From Candidatus Saccharimonadota bacterium (lineage in GTDB: Bacteria > Patescibacteriota > Saccharimonadia > CAILAD01 > GCA-016700035), in the NCBI GenBank assembly GCA_046350755.1, contig JAXLZV010000001.1, positions 75,510 through 139,509 on the forward strand: a stretch of 64,000 nucleotides of DNA. The letters are read 5' to 3'. Made by a program: the position numbers and the translations under genes. Of this stretch, positions 36,414 to 45,965 are shown piece by piece. The notes under the pieces were generated by a model. The model made no database searches, had not been told where the DNA came from, and saw nothing but the letters and a program-made list of their open reading frames with translations. Every line of letters starts with the position of its first letter. Position 1 is the stretch's first letter.

Positions 36414-37274
36414 ATGACAAGCACTACTACTATGCAAACTATTACGCAAAAGCACAAGGCTTATCCGATACTTCTGCGAGAAATCTACGATGCGCCCAAA
36501 ACGCTCCATATATTAGGAAGTTTGCCAGACATGCCGATGCTGGCAATTGTTGGCACACGGCGACCAACACCATACGGAAAAACTATTGCGTACCGATTAG
36601 CTAAAGACCTCGCTCAATCAGGCATATGTATTGTAAGCGGGCTCGCATACGGTATCGATGGCATAGTCCATCGCGCAGCACTTGATGCTGGCGGGAAAAC
36701 CGTCGCAGTGCTTGGCTGTGGGCTCGACCGCTGTTATCCGGCCAGCCACCAACCACTTATGCATGACATTGTCGCTGGAGGTGGAGCGGTAATTAGTGAG
36801 TACGATGCCGGTACACCACCACTACGTCATCATTTTCCAGCTCGCAATCGTATCATTGCCGGCATCAGCCTCGGCACACTCGTCCCCGAAGCGGACGCAC
36901 GATCCGGATCGCTTATCACCGCCAGCCTTGCCTTAGGGGAGAATCGATGCGTCATGGCTGTCCCAGGAGCCATTACCTCAGAGCGCTCATCAGGGCCAAA
37001 CAACCTCCTCAAAGCCGGAGCAACCCCAGTAACCTCCGCTGCCGATGTGTGCGCAGCCCTTAATCTCACAGCGGTCGAAATCACCCGACCAATCGGTGCA
37101 AGCGCCATAGAGCAGGGGATACTCGACCGCTTAAACCAAGGACCAGCTGACGCTGAAAGTCTGGCGACTGAGCTTGGGCTTCCCATTGCGACGGTTCTCG
37201 CTACCTTGAGCTTACTCGAAATCAGCGGCCGCATTCGCTCCCTCGGTGGGGCCCTCTGGATGCTGCGTGGCTAA
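36414..37274 (+). CDS. dprA: DNA processing protein A (Smf), a natural-transformation single-strand DNA protector
   Basis: Rossmann-like core: GTRRPTPYG, SGLAYGIDG, and a C-terminal winged helix. Confidence 0.85.
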   Translation: MTSTTTMQTITQKHKAYPILLREIYDAPKTLHILGSLPDMPMLAIVGTRRPTPYGKTIAYRLAKDLAQSGICIVSGLAYGIDGIVHRAALDAGGKTVAVLGCGLDRCYPASHQPLMHDIVAGGGAVISEYDAGTPPLRHHFPARNRIIAGISLGTLVPEADARSGSLITASLALGENRCVMAVPGAITSERSSGPNNLLKAGATPVTSAADVCAALNLTAVEITRPIGASAIEQGILDRLNQGPADAESLATELGLPIATVLATLSLLEISGRIRSLGGALWMLRG

Positions 37275-37289
37275 CAAACCGCCGAAAGT

Positions 37290-37319
37290 TTGACAAGACA
37301 CCACCCGGCCGTCTACAAT
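37290..37319 (+). promoter_or_regulatory. Sigma-70-like promoter TTGACA-18-TACAAT upstream of topA
   Basis: ttgaca at 37290-37295, an 18-nt spacer, tacaat at 37314-37319. Confidence 0.45.
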
Positions 37320-37381
37320 CGGCGAGCTTAGCAACACCCCGTCCTCAGCGGCATAACAGTTTTGGAGCCTATCCTATATAT

Positions 37382-39349
37382 ATGAAAAAATCTGTCCTCA
37401 TCGTCGAAAGCCCTGCCAAAGGTAAAACTATCGAATCTTACCTCGGTAAGGGGTATAAAGTTGTCGCCAGCTTTGGCCATGTTAGGGATCTACCAAAATC
37501 CAAGCTCGGCATAGATGTTGAACATGATTTTGAGCCACAGTATATGGTCCCGAGGGGGAGTGCTACCAAGATTAAACAGCTGAAAAAAGCCACCGAGGGT
37601 GCGGATATCATTTATCTCGCAACCGACCTTGACCGCGAGGGAGAGGCGATTGCCTGGCATCTGGCGAATATTCTCGAACTCAAGCCAGAGCAGGAGATGA
37701 AACGCATCACCTTCGCTGAGATTACCAAGCCAGCCCTCGAATACGCCGTTGCTCACCCGCGCGATATTAATCAAGATCTAGTTGATGCTCAGCAGGCCCG
37801 TCGCGTACTCGACCGCTTAGTTGGCTATTCATTGTCACCAATTCTCTGGAAAAAAGTTCGTTATGGCCTATCCGCCGGTCGCGTACAAAGTGTCGCACTG
37901 AAGTTCATCACTGATCGTGAAAAAGAAATCGAGGCTTTCCAGAGCGAAGAGTATTGGTCGATCGAAGTCGATCTGAAGGCCAAAAAGGGCAATTTAACCG
38001 CTAAACTACTCGAAGTCAAAGCTGAAAAAGCCGAGATCCACAATCAGTCCGAAAACGACACCCTAGTACAAGCCCTCGAAGCGGCTGAGTACGTTGTAAA
38101 GGATGAGGAAAAAAAGCCCGTAAAACGCAATCCAGTAGCGCCCTTCACAACTAGTACCCTCCAGCAGGACGGTTATCGGCGACTGGGGTTTGCGACACGG
38201 CGCACCATGCGAGCAGCGCAAGGACTGTATGAAGCAGGTCTCATCTCATACATGCGAACTGACTCCGTTACTATCTCAAAAGATGCCATCAAGGCTATCC
38301 GTGAGACCATTACTAAAGATCTCGGCAAAGAGTATATTCCCGCCAGTCCACGCGTCTTTAAGACCAAGAGTCGTGGCGCCCAGGAGGCTCACGAAGCAAT
38401 TCGACCAACCAACCCAGGGTTACATCCAGATGAGCTGAGTGGGCGTTCAAGTGACGAGGAGCGACTCTATCGCCTAATCTGGCAGCGCGCCCTGGCGAGC
38501 CAGATGACCGAAGCGCAATTTGAGCAAACCCGCATCGATATCTTAGCCGATAAGGATTATCTCTTGCGCACGAGTGGGCGAGTAGTAGTCTTTGATGGTT
38601 TCACGCGGATCTATCCGCTCCAGAAAAATGATGATACACCGCTTTTGCCTCGAGTGACAGCTGGAGAAAAGCTCACCAAGCAAGAAATTCGTGGGGAGCA
38701 ACACTTCACCCAACCACCAGCCCGGTATTCTGAAGCCACCCTCGTCAAGAAACTCGAAGAAGCCGGTGTCGGTCGCCCAAGTACCTACGCCCCGACAATT
38801 GCCACGATTATCTCACGCGGATACGTTCTGAGTGAGGATAAGCGCTTAGTACCACAACCTGTCGGCATGATCGTATCTGATCTCTTAGCTGAAAACTTTG
38901 ATTTCGTGACCGAACCTGAATTCACTGCCGATATGGAAGATAAATTGGATGATGTCGCTGATGGGAAAGCCGAATGGAAACCTGTCATCCGGGAATTCTA
39001 CGAACCGATGCACAAACTGATTGAAGAGAAACAAGAGAGTATCCCGCGAGCCGAGATCCCAGTAATTATGACCGATGAAATCTGTGAGCTTTGTGGCAAG
39101 CCGATGGTGATAAAATCTGGTCGTTTCGGGCAGTTTCTAGCCTGTTCAGGTTGGCCGGACTGTAAGAATGCCAAGCCCATCCTGAAAAAGACCGGTGTCG
39201 AATGCCCAACCTGCCACGAGGGTGAAGTGGTTGAGCGCAAGACGAAAAAAGGTCGCCGCTTCTGGGGTTGCTCTCGTTACCCAGACTGTGACTACGCGAC
39301 TTGGACAAAACCGAAGAATCCTGACGCCGAAGTCGCCAACGCTGAGTAG
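37382..39349 (+). CDS. topA: DNA topoisomerase I with two C-terminal zinc ribbons
   Basis: The TOPRIM N-terminus (ESPAKGKTI), the active-site region and the CxxC...CxxC zinc fingers at the C-terminus. Confidence 0.9.
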   Translation: MKKSVLIVESPAKGKTIESYLGKGYKVVASFGHVRDLPKSKLGIDVEHDFEPQYMVPRGSATKIKQLKKATEGADIIYLATDLDREGEAIAWHLANILELKPEQEMKRITFAEITKPALEYAVAHPRDINQDLVDAQQARRVLDRLVGYSLSPILWKKVRYGLSAGRVQSVALKFITDREKEIEAFQSEEYWSIEVDLKAKKGNLTAKLLEVKAEKAEIHNQSENDTLVQALEAAEYVVKDEEKKPVKRNPVAPFTTSTLQQDGYRRLGFATRRTMRAAQGLYEAGLISYMRTDSVTISKDAIKAIRETITKDLGKEYIPASPRVFKTKSRGAQEAHEAIRPTNPGLHPDELSGRSSDEERLYRLIWQRALASQMTEAQFEQTRIDILADKDYLLRTSGRVVVFDGFTRIYPLQKNDDTPLLPRVTAGEKLTKQEIRGEQHFTQPPARYSEATLVKKLEEAGVGRPSTYAPTIATIISRGYVLSEDKRLVPQPVGMIVSDLLAENFDFVTEPEFTADMEDKLDDVADGKAEWKPVIREFYEPMHKLIEEKQESIPRAEIPVIMTDEICELCGKPMVIKSGRFGQFLACSGWPDCKNAKPILKKTGVECPTCHEGEVVERKTKKGRRFWGCSRYPDCDYATWTKPKNPDAEVANAE

Positions 39350-39404
39350 CCGAGCTTCAGCCTCAGCCGAACTCAACGCCAACATCATTCATAGCATAAC
39401 CAGC

Positions 39405-39419
39405 TTGACGATACGTCAA
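39405..39419. promoter_or_regulatory. Operator-like palindrome TTGACG-ATA-CGTCAA upstream of the HTH-protein gene
   Basis: Perfect 6-bp inverted arms around a 3-bp centre. It lies 20 bp upstream of the -35 of the next promoter. A second gtca...tgac inverted pair follows. Confidence 0.3.
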
Positions 39420-39438
39420 AAAAGTCTTGTCACAATCA

Positions 39439-39467
39439 TTGACCTATATCTGTTGTGATGATATAAT
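39439..39467 (+). promoter_or_regulatory. Sigma-70 promoter TTGACC-17-TATAAT
   Basis: ttgacc at 39439-39444, a 17-nt spacer, tataat at 39462-39467. Confidence 0.5.
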
Positions 39468-39508
39468 AACTCCCAACCAATACTAATTCTTGAGGGTGAG
39501 TGAATTTG

Positions 39509-40603
39509 ATGTCTCCAACTATGACCAGCAACACAACAGACACTGATGTGCAAAAACTCGTTGAGCAACTGATCGACGAGAGCCTTTTAGTACTCAAAAA
39601 AGACCGTGATCGCGAAGTTGTGGCCAAGCGCCACGGCCTCAAAGCCAATCAGCCACATACGCTTGAGCAAATTGGCAGCCAACTGGGAATTACTCGCGAA
39701 CGAGTGCGGCAAATCGAAAAAGCCGCGCTCACCAAGATCCGCGATAACTATCAAGCCGACGAAGATTTTCGTGGCGTCATCTTAGCTCGCCTCGATGAAA
39801 AGGGCGGGATTATCCAGCTCCAAAACCTCACTACTGGCCTTGAGCTTGAGCCAACCGAACAGCCTAATCTCGCATATTTAGTGCGCATCATGCCTGATCT
39901 AGAACTGATTGAGCACGGCGAAGAACTCTCGCCAATTGTTGTCGTATCCGATCCTTACGATCGTGAAGTTATCTTCGGACTTCACGAAAGCCTGCTTGCT
40001 GAAGCCCAGCGTCACGGTAAGCCGGTCCGTTTCGACAAGCTGACTGGTGCGATTGATGGGCCGCACAGCCCACAGGCACTCCGTGAGCTGGCCGAAGCAT
40101 CAAAAAAACTGACTAACCTCGATGGGCAATGGGGCTTAACGTCCTGGCCAGAAGTTAATCCAAAAAGCATTCGCGATAAGACCTACTTAGTGCTTAAAAA
40201 GGCTGGTCGACCGATGCACTTTACCGAGATTGCCGATAAGATCTCCAAGCTCGAAGCCAACCCCAAGCCTGTTACCACCCAAGCAGTCCATAATGAACTC
40301 ATTAAGGATAGTCGTTTCGTACTGATTGGTCGCGGCATCTACGCTTTGGCCGAATGGGGCTACCAGGCAGGTACTGTCGCCGACATTATCGAGCAAATCC
40401 TCCGTGAAGAAAGTCCTCTGTCGCGCGAAGAAATCATCAAGCGTGTGCTGTCTCGGCGCCAGGTTAAAGTCGCTACTATTGCCCTGAATCTCCAAGAGAA
40501 GCCTCAGTTTGAGCGCGTCGGCAAAGGCCTTTATGCCCTGCAAGCCGGCTTTACTCCACAGCCGCGCAAACGTCGCGGACGACCGCCCAAAACTACTACC
40601 TAA
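39509..40603 (+). CDS. DNA-binding protein: sigma-70 region-4-like HTH, two HARE-HTH-like winged helices and a C-terminal AT-hook
   Basis: The region 4.2-like segment is TLEQIGSQLGITRERVRQIEKAALTKIR. Two segments resemble the RNAP-delta/HARE-HTH fold (PMHFTEIADKI...HNELIKDSRFVLIGRGIYALAEWGY and ...FERVGKGLYALQ). The C-terminus PRKRRGRPPK is an AT-hook. The start was chosen at ATG 39509, which follows a gagggtgag SD. Confidence 0.6.
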   Translation: MSPTMTSNTTDTDVQKLVEQLIDESLLVLKKDRDREVVAKRHGLKANQPHTLEQIGSQLGITRERVRQIEKAALTKIRDNYQADEDFRGVILARLDEKGGIIQLQNLTTGLELEPTEQPNLAYLVRIMPDLELIEHGEELSPIVVVSDPYDREVIFGLHESLLAEAQRHGKPVRFDKLTGAIDGPHSPQALRELAEASKKLTNLDGQWGLTSWPEVNPKSIRDKTYLVLKKAGRPMHFTEIADKISKLEANPKPVTTQAVHNELIKDSRFVLIGRGIYALAEWGYQAGTVADIIEQILREESPLSREEIIKRVLSRRQVKVATIALNLQEKPQFERVGKGLYALQAGFTPQPRKRRGRPPKTTT

Positions 40604-40682
40604 CCAACGACCCATCATCCGTACCAACCCTCTTACCGTACACCTGGGTGAAACCCTGCATAGTGCGGTACAATAGAAGCTA

Positions 40683-43373
40683 ATGGAACAACTCTTTAAC
40701 CTCATCGGCGCCGTCTTTTCAATTATCGGCATTGCACTTTTCCAATATTGGGGCTGGACACTGATTGCCGGCTACTTGATTTGGCAAATCTTCCAAAACC
40801 GACGCAAGGTCGCCTACGTCGAAGCCACCGAGCACACCATGCTCCAGATCATCGTACCGAAAGATAATGATAAAAAAGAGCTGTCAGCCGAGCAGCTGTT
40901 TGCCAGTTTGCACGGTATTCTGCGCCCGAAAGGGGAGATCGAACACGAAGGGAGTCTCCAGGAACACATCAGTTTTGAGATAGTCTCTGAGCAAAATGTG
41001 ATTAATTTTTATGTTTGGGTGCCGCGACACCTCAAAGACTACGTCGAAAGCCAGGTCTATGCCCAATACCCAACAGTGCAGATCATCGACGATGTTGAAG
41101 ATTATGCGAAAAAGGACCTGGGAGATTCATTAACCGTCATTAGCGAAATTAAGACTACCAAAGATTCAATTTTCCCGATCCGCACCTTCGCTACTTTCGA
41201 AGTCGACCCCCTAGCCGGCATCACGACTGTCTTGGCAAAGCTCGAGCCCAACGAGCAGTTGTGGGTGCAGTACTTAATGCGGCCGGTCGATGATAGCTGG
41301 CACGCCAAATCACTGCAGTTCATTACGGACTCAAAGACCGGTGGTCGATCGGGCCTATTTGACGGTTGGCAAAAACGACTCTTTACGCTGCCGATTGAAT
41401 TGACTGCCATGTTCTTCAAGGCCCTCGTCGCACCACCAGTACACCCCGAAAAGAAAGATGAAAAGAAGGAACTTTCGCCAGGACAAACTACCGTCAATGC
41501 GGCTGTCGAAGCGAAGGCCGAAAAGATCGGCTACGAAGTAAAGATCCGCGTCGGCTACGTCGGCGCCAGTGCTGACATCGCCAAGCAACGCATGCAGGCC
41601 CTGTTTGGCGGGTTTAAGCAGTTTAATAGCATTAACCTCAATAGTTTAGCTGGCGGAGGCTATGACCCATCTCCTGAAGCTCTCCAGGAGTATCGGGCGC
41701 GCTACTTCGAAACGGGTGGCTTCATTCTCAACGTTGAAGAGTTAGCTAGCCTGTACCACTTACCGCATACCAGCGTGGAGACGCCAAATATCGCCTGGAC
41801 CACCACCAAAGTAGGGGAGCCGCCGACCAATCTACCCACCTTGGCAAACACCCCACAAGAGGCTCTGTCGCTGATCGGTACGACAACCTTTCGTCAGACC
41901 AATGTGAAATTTGGCATCAAGCGCGATGACCGCAAGCGACATCTCTATATCATTGGTAAATCCGGCTCAGGAAAAAGTTTTGCCCTGCTCCTGCTAACTT
42001 TGTCGGACATTTACCACAATCAAGGTTTTGCGGTCGTTGACCCACACGGTGATTTTGCTCAGGACGTACTGCGCTACATCCCCGAACACCGGAAGGATGA
42101 TGTCGTCTACTTTAACCCTTCAGACTTCGAGAATCCCATCTCATTTAACCCCATGGAAAATGCCGATCCGAATATGCGCGCCTCGATCGCTTCCGAGATC
42201 ATCGGCGTCTTGAAGAAAATGTTTGCTGAGAGCTGGGGGCCACGACTTGAGCACATCTTGCGCTTCACTCTTTTAGCCCTGCTCGAAACCGAGGATGCCA
42301 ACTTGATGGGTATTACGCGTATGCTCACCGATAAGCCCTTCCGTAAAAAGATCGTTGATCAGCTCGAAGACGTCACTGTGCGCTCCTTCTGGGTTAATGA
42401 ATTTGCGGCCTGGAACGACAAGTTTGCGACTGAAGCCGTCGCTCCAATTCTCAACAAAGTCGGAGCCTTTACGGCCAACCCGCTGATCCGCAATGTAATT
42501 GGTCAGCGCAAATCAAGCTTTGACATCCGCCAGATGATGGATGAAGGCAAGATCTTGATTTGTGATCTGTCTCGGGGTCGGCTTGGTGAAGATAATGCGG
42601 CCACCCTGGGTGCATTGATGATCTCTAAGATTCAGCTGGCAGCCATGAGCCGGGCCAATATCATGCTCGATGAACGTCGTCCATTCTATCTCTATGTCGA
42701 CGAATTCCAGAACTTTGCAACAGATTCGTTCTCGGTTATTCTGTCGGAAGCCCGTAAGTATGGCCTCTACCTCACAGTTGCTAACCAATACGTCGCACAG
42801 ATGCCCCAAGAGGTGAGGGACGCGGTGTTTGGTAATGTCGGATCAATGATTACGTTCAGGGTAGGGGCTGATGATGCTACGGCACTGGCGCGTTACTTTG
42901 AGCCGGTCTTCGAGCCAACTGATCTCACGAATCTGTCACTCCAAAACGTCTATATCACCATGTCGATCGATGGAGAGACGAGTATTCCGTTTTCAGCTAA
43001 AACTCTCCGGGTACCTGACCCTGAGCAAGATATGACTCAAGCTATCATCGCTCGATCGCGTGAAAAGTATAATGTTTCACGCGCCGAAGCTGAACAGGTG
43101 ATACGCGAATGGAGTGGCTTTCGCCCAGACGGGGAGAAGCTCGCCGATGGTGAATCGAGTGCCGGTGAACGCCGACCAACAGCATCAGATAAGCCCACTC
43201 AAGAGCCACATGGCGCGCAAGTTGGCTCTCGCCCGTCTTTACAGGTTTCTGGAGCGGCACCAAAGAATTACTCCGAGCTCATTACCGCCAAACCGCAATC
43301 AAACTCACGACCAACTGAGCGTTCGCAGAATCAACGCAAACGCAGTCGCAAACGACCAGCCAGACCAAATTAG
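40683..43373 (+). CDS. Membrane-anchored FtsK/SpoIIIE-family P-loop ATPase (TcpA/T4CP-like) without a gamma domain, with a basic low-complexity C-terminal tail
   Basis: Two N-terminal TM helices, Walker A IIGKSGSGKS and Walker B YLYVDEFQNF. The motifs ARKYGLYLTVANQYVAQM and NVGSMITFRVGADDATAL parallel the FtsK RAAG...ATQRP and IAFQV... segments. The tail is rich in R, K, S, P and Q. Confidence 0.65.
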   Translation: MEQLFNLIGAVFSIIGIALFQYWGWTLIAGYLIWQIFQNRRKVAYVEATEHTMLQIIVPKDNDKKELSAEQLFASLHGILRPKGEIEHEGSLQEHISFEIVSEQNVINFYVWVPRHLKDYVESQVYAQYPTVQIIDDVEDYAKKDLGDSLTVISEIKTTKDSIFPIRTFATFEVDPLAGITTVLAKLEPNEQLWVQYLMRPVDDSWHAKSLQFITDSKTGGRSGLFDGWQKRLFTLPIELTAMFFKALVAPPVHPEKKDEKKELSPGQTTVNAAVEAKAEKIGYEVKIRVGYVGASADIAKQRMQALFGGFKQFNSINLNSLAGGGYDPSPEALQEYRARYFETGGFILNVEELASLYHLPHTSVETPNIAWTTTKVGEPPTNLPTLANTPQEALSLIGTTTFRQTNVKFGIKRDDRKRHLYIIGKSGSGKSFALLLLTLSDIYHNQGFAVVDPHGDFAQDVLRYIPEHRKDDVVYFNPSDFENPISFNPMENADPNMRASIASEIIGVLKKMFAESWGPRLEHILRFTLLALLETEDANLMGITRMLTDKPFRKKIVDQLEDVTVRSFWVNEFAAWNDKFATEAVAPILNKVGAFTANPLIRNVIGQRKSSFDIRQMMDEGKILICDLSRGRLGEDNAATLGALMISKIQLAAMSRANIMLDERRPFYLYVDEFQNFATDSFSVILSEARKYGLYLTVANQYVAQMPQEVRDAVFGNVGSMITFRVGADDATALARYFEPVFEPTDLTNLSLQNVYITMSIDGETSIPFSAKTLRVPDPEQDMTQAIIARSREKYNVSRAEAEQVIREWSGFRPDGEKLADGESSAGERRPTASDKPTQEPHGAQVGSRPSLQVSGAAPKNYSELITAKPQSNSRPTERSQNQRKRSRKRPARPN

Positions 43374-43472
43374 CCGTTAGCACACCTACCCATCTACGAG
43401 CGAATAGTGCTTTAGCTAAAGTATTTTATAGAGTGTAGACGATGGTTAGTATAACTCTCTGTCAAAATATAT

Positions 43473-43500
43473 ACGTCGCACAATGTATATTTTGCGACGT
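43473..43500. other. dif-like candidate XerC/D-type recombination site (11-6-11 architecture)
   Basis: acgtcgcacaa-TGTATA-ttttgcgacgt. The arms are 10/11 inverted repeats, and the central TGTATA is identical to the E. coli dif spacer. The left arm shares CGCAnAA with the E. coli XerC arm. It lies in a 600-bp AT-rich non-coding convergence zone. Confidence 0.35.
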
Positions 43501-43973
43501 ATTATCTGAATAGCTTTGGGGCAGCGCTCCACTCAACAAACTCACTCTATAAGCTGTGCACATACCGTAATCACGCCTTCCATATACCCCTAACTTGCAC
43601 CAGCAACTCCCACAGACATAGTTGATCATGCTTTACATAAATTACATCATTTTAGATATCTAGGCGCACCCATATATTGCATAGCGAGCTTTACCAAAAC
43701 AGCAACTTGTCTTGCAGACAACTGCAACAATAAAGCAGATAAGACTAGGCCACAATTCAGCCCACGGCCGTATTCACTCTGTGAAACAAATCTGTTTCAC
43801 AGGTATACGAATTATTATGTTTTATTGTCTTGACATACTATATTTATCTTTTTAAATAGTATTTATAGCTCCGAGCTACATAAAGGTGAATTGTGAGCAC
43901 GCTATATACCCCTACCCCACTGTGCGAACAAGCCAAGATACTGTAGTTCTATCTGTTGTCCAGATAGAAAATA

Positions 43974-44840
43974 CTATTTATAAAAGGCTTTGCCAGGTAT
44001 CCGCACATCAACATATTCAGTCGGTTTTTTGTTTTGTTGTTGTGCGGTTTCAATCGTCGCAATATAAGCTTCAACTTGTTCGGCGGCACCTCGCGAAGTA
44101 TCGGTTCGAATCACAATGCCATTCTTGAGCCGAATATTGAGCTCCCTCGTAGTCGCTCCGATAGCCGAGGATTCGATATCCACACCCTTTTTTCCAGCTA
44201 AACTGATAAACTCCCGCGCAAAGACCACAAACTGCTTATCGGCTACCTTGTCCCCGACCTTGACAGTTAGCTGGGCCGTATCGATGATACGACCAAACGT
44301 ACCCTCTCCAGCCTTAGCCTGGCGCAACACACGCCCATCTTCAGCGATCAACCATGACTGCTCACCCGTTTGCCAAACCAAAGAGGGCTGTGACTCCACC
44401 ACTTGGACATTCAACCCGAGTAAAAGAGTACGCGACACTTTGACGTTGGCCAAGGTTGGCTCTTGCGTCTTGACCGCCTGGGCCATATCTTGAGCATTTA
44501 AAAACAAGACATTACGCTGCACCGGGTTGGCTCGTAAATATTCATCCGCGGCTTGAGTAATGGCTTCTTGCGAGATTGTGCTATTCCCCTTCACGGCAAT
44601 CCCCCGAGCGTTCAGCCAGCCGGAGAAAAACAACACCCAGATGCCAAGGGCTGCAACAGCAAATATACCGATCCGCCAAAATATCTGCCGCCAAACGATA
44701 GGCTGCTTGGGAGCTTGTGCGCGTACCGAGTCACCAGTATAAATAAACTGCCCCCGTCGTCGGACTTTCCGCGGCTGGCTATCAGGTGGCGTTGGAGGAA
44801 ATCGAGAATCAGGCACGTCTTTGCTCCACCACGCGAACAA
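43974..44840 (-). CDS. ftsQ: Cell division protein FtsQ/DivIB
   Basis: A cytoplasmic tail and one TM helix, then POTRA and beta domains. It sits at the 3' end of the dcw cluster. Confidence 0.75.
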   Translation of the reverse strand: MFAWWSKDVPDSRFPPTPPDSQPRKVRRRGQFIYTGDSVRAQAPKQPIVWRQIFWRIGIFAVAALGIWVLFFSGWLNARGIAVKGNSTISQEAITQAADEYLRANPVQRNVLFLNAQDMAQAVKTQEPTLANVKVSRTLLLGLNVQVVESQPSLVWQTGEQSWLIAEDGRVLRQAKAGEGTFGRIIDTAQLTVKVGDKVADKQFVVFAREFISLAGKKGVDIESSAIGATTRELNIRLKNGIVIRTDTSRGAAEQVEAYIATIETAQQQNKKPTEYVDVRIPGKAFYK

Positions 44841-45965
44841 CGGCTTCGGCTAAGAGTTCGGCCGCATTGCGTACTGCTAACTTCCCTATGGCCTCCTCCA
44901 AGTATCGCCTGTCGCTGGGTTCGTCAATTAATTTATCAATTTCTGCCCGCAAAGTTCGCGGTGTTAAGCGAGACTGCTCAAGCAACCGAGCCGCACCGCG
45001 TCGCACAATATAATGAGCATTATGAGCTTGATGATTATTCGCCGAGCCCGGCAAAGGGATGAGAAGTGCTACTTTTTTCAACGCTGCCAGTTCAGCCAAT
45101 ACATTCGCCCCACAGCGCGTTACTACCACATCGGCCAGTGCATACGCGTCAGCAAGCTCAGTGCGCAAAAAAGCCTGAGGTACATAACGACGACGAGCCA
45201 GTGGCGTCAAACGCTGTCGCTGGAAAAGAGCTGCATCAATATCGTGATGACCAGTCTGATGAATAATATTGACCGATTCGGTGAGTTGGGCGAGCGCACC
45301 AAAGACCACCTCGTTAATCGCCTGCGCGCCAGTCGAGCCGCCAATAATCAAGACAGTTGGTCGAGCCGTATCAAGGCCAAAATGCTTCCGCCCGCGCTCA
45401 CGACGCCCAGCCAAAATATCCTCACGCACCGGATTACCCGTCGCCAGCAAAGGGGCAGTCAGCTTCACGTCGTCAAATACTTCGACTGGAAAACCTGTTG
45501 CTACCAGTTGAGCGCGACGCGCTAATACCCGATTCGTCAGCCCCATAACTGTGTCTGATTCGTGAATGATGAGGGGTATCTTTAGCTGTGCAGCCGCCAG
45601 ACCGACCGGCAGACCAACAAAACCGCCCTTCACGAAAACTACATCTGGCTTAATTGTCTTCAATAACCGCCGCGCCTGTCGTATCCCCTTCACGATCCGC
45701 ATACTGTCGCCGGCATTTTGACGCATCGTTGAAAAATCGGTTAGTTCAGAGACCAAGCCACGACGATAGCGACGAAATTTACCACTCGATATGACATGAT
45801 AACCAATACCTTCGGCTTCAACTAAATCACGCTCCAGGCTGCCGCCCGAACCGATATAGTCGATAACCGGTGCTGTTCCCTTACGCGCCTTGAGAGCCGC
45901 GCACAGGGCCAAAACCGGTGTGACGTGACCGGCGGTTCCGCCCCCCGACACGATTATCCGCATAA
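44809..45965 (-). CDS. murG: Undecaprenyldiphospho-muramoylpentapeptide beta-N-acetylglucosaminyltransferase
   Basis: The N-terminus is MRIIVSGGGTAGHVTP. The start was chosen at the internal Met, and the longer ORF would overlap ftsW even further. Confidence 0.85.

Noticed and set aside
43380-43973. Replication origin (DnaA boxes) or RNase P/tmRNA/SRP RNA in the long AT-rich spacer
   Set aside because: No TTATCCACA-like boxes or clusters were seen, and none of the conserved RNase P (GGAAAGTCCGG), tmRNA or SRP RNA motifs are present.
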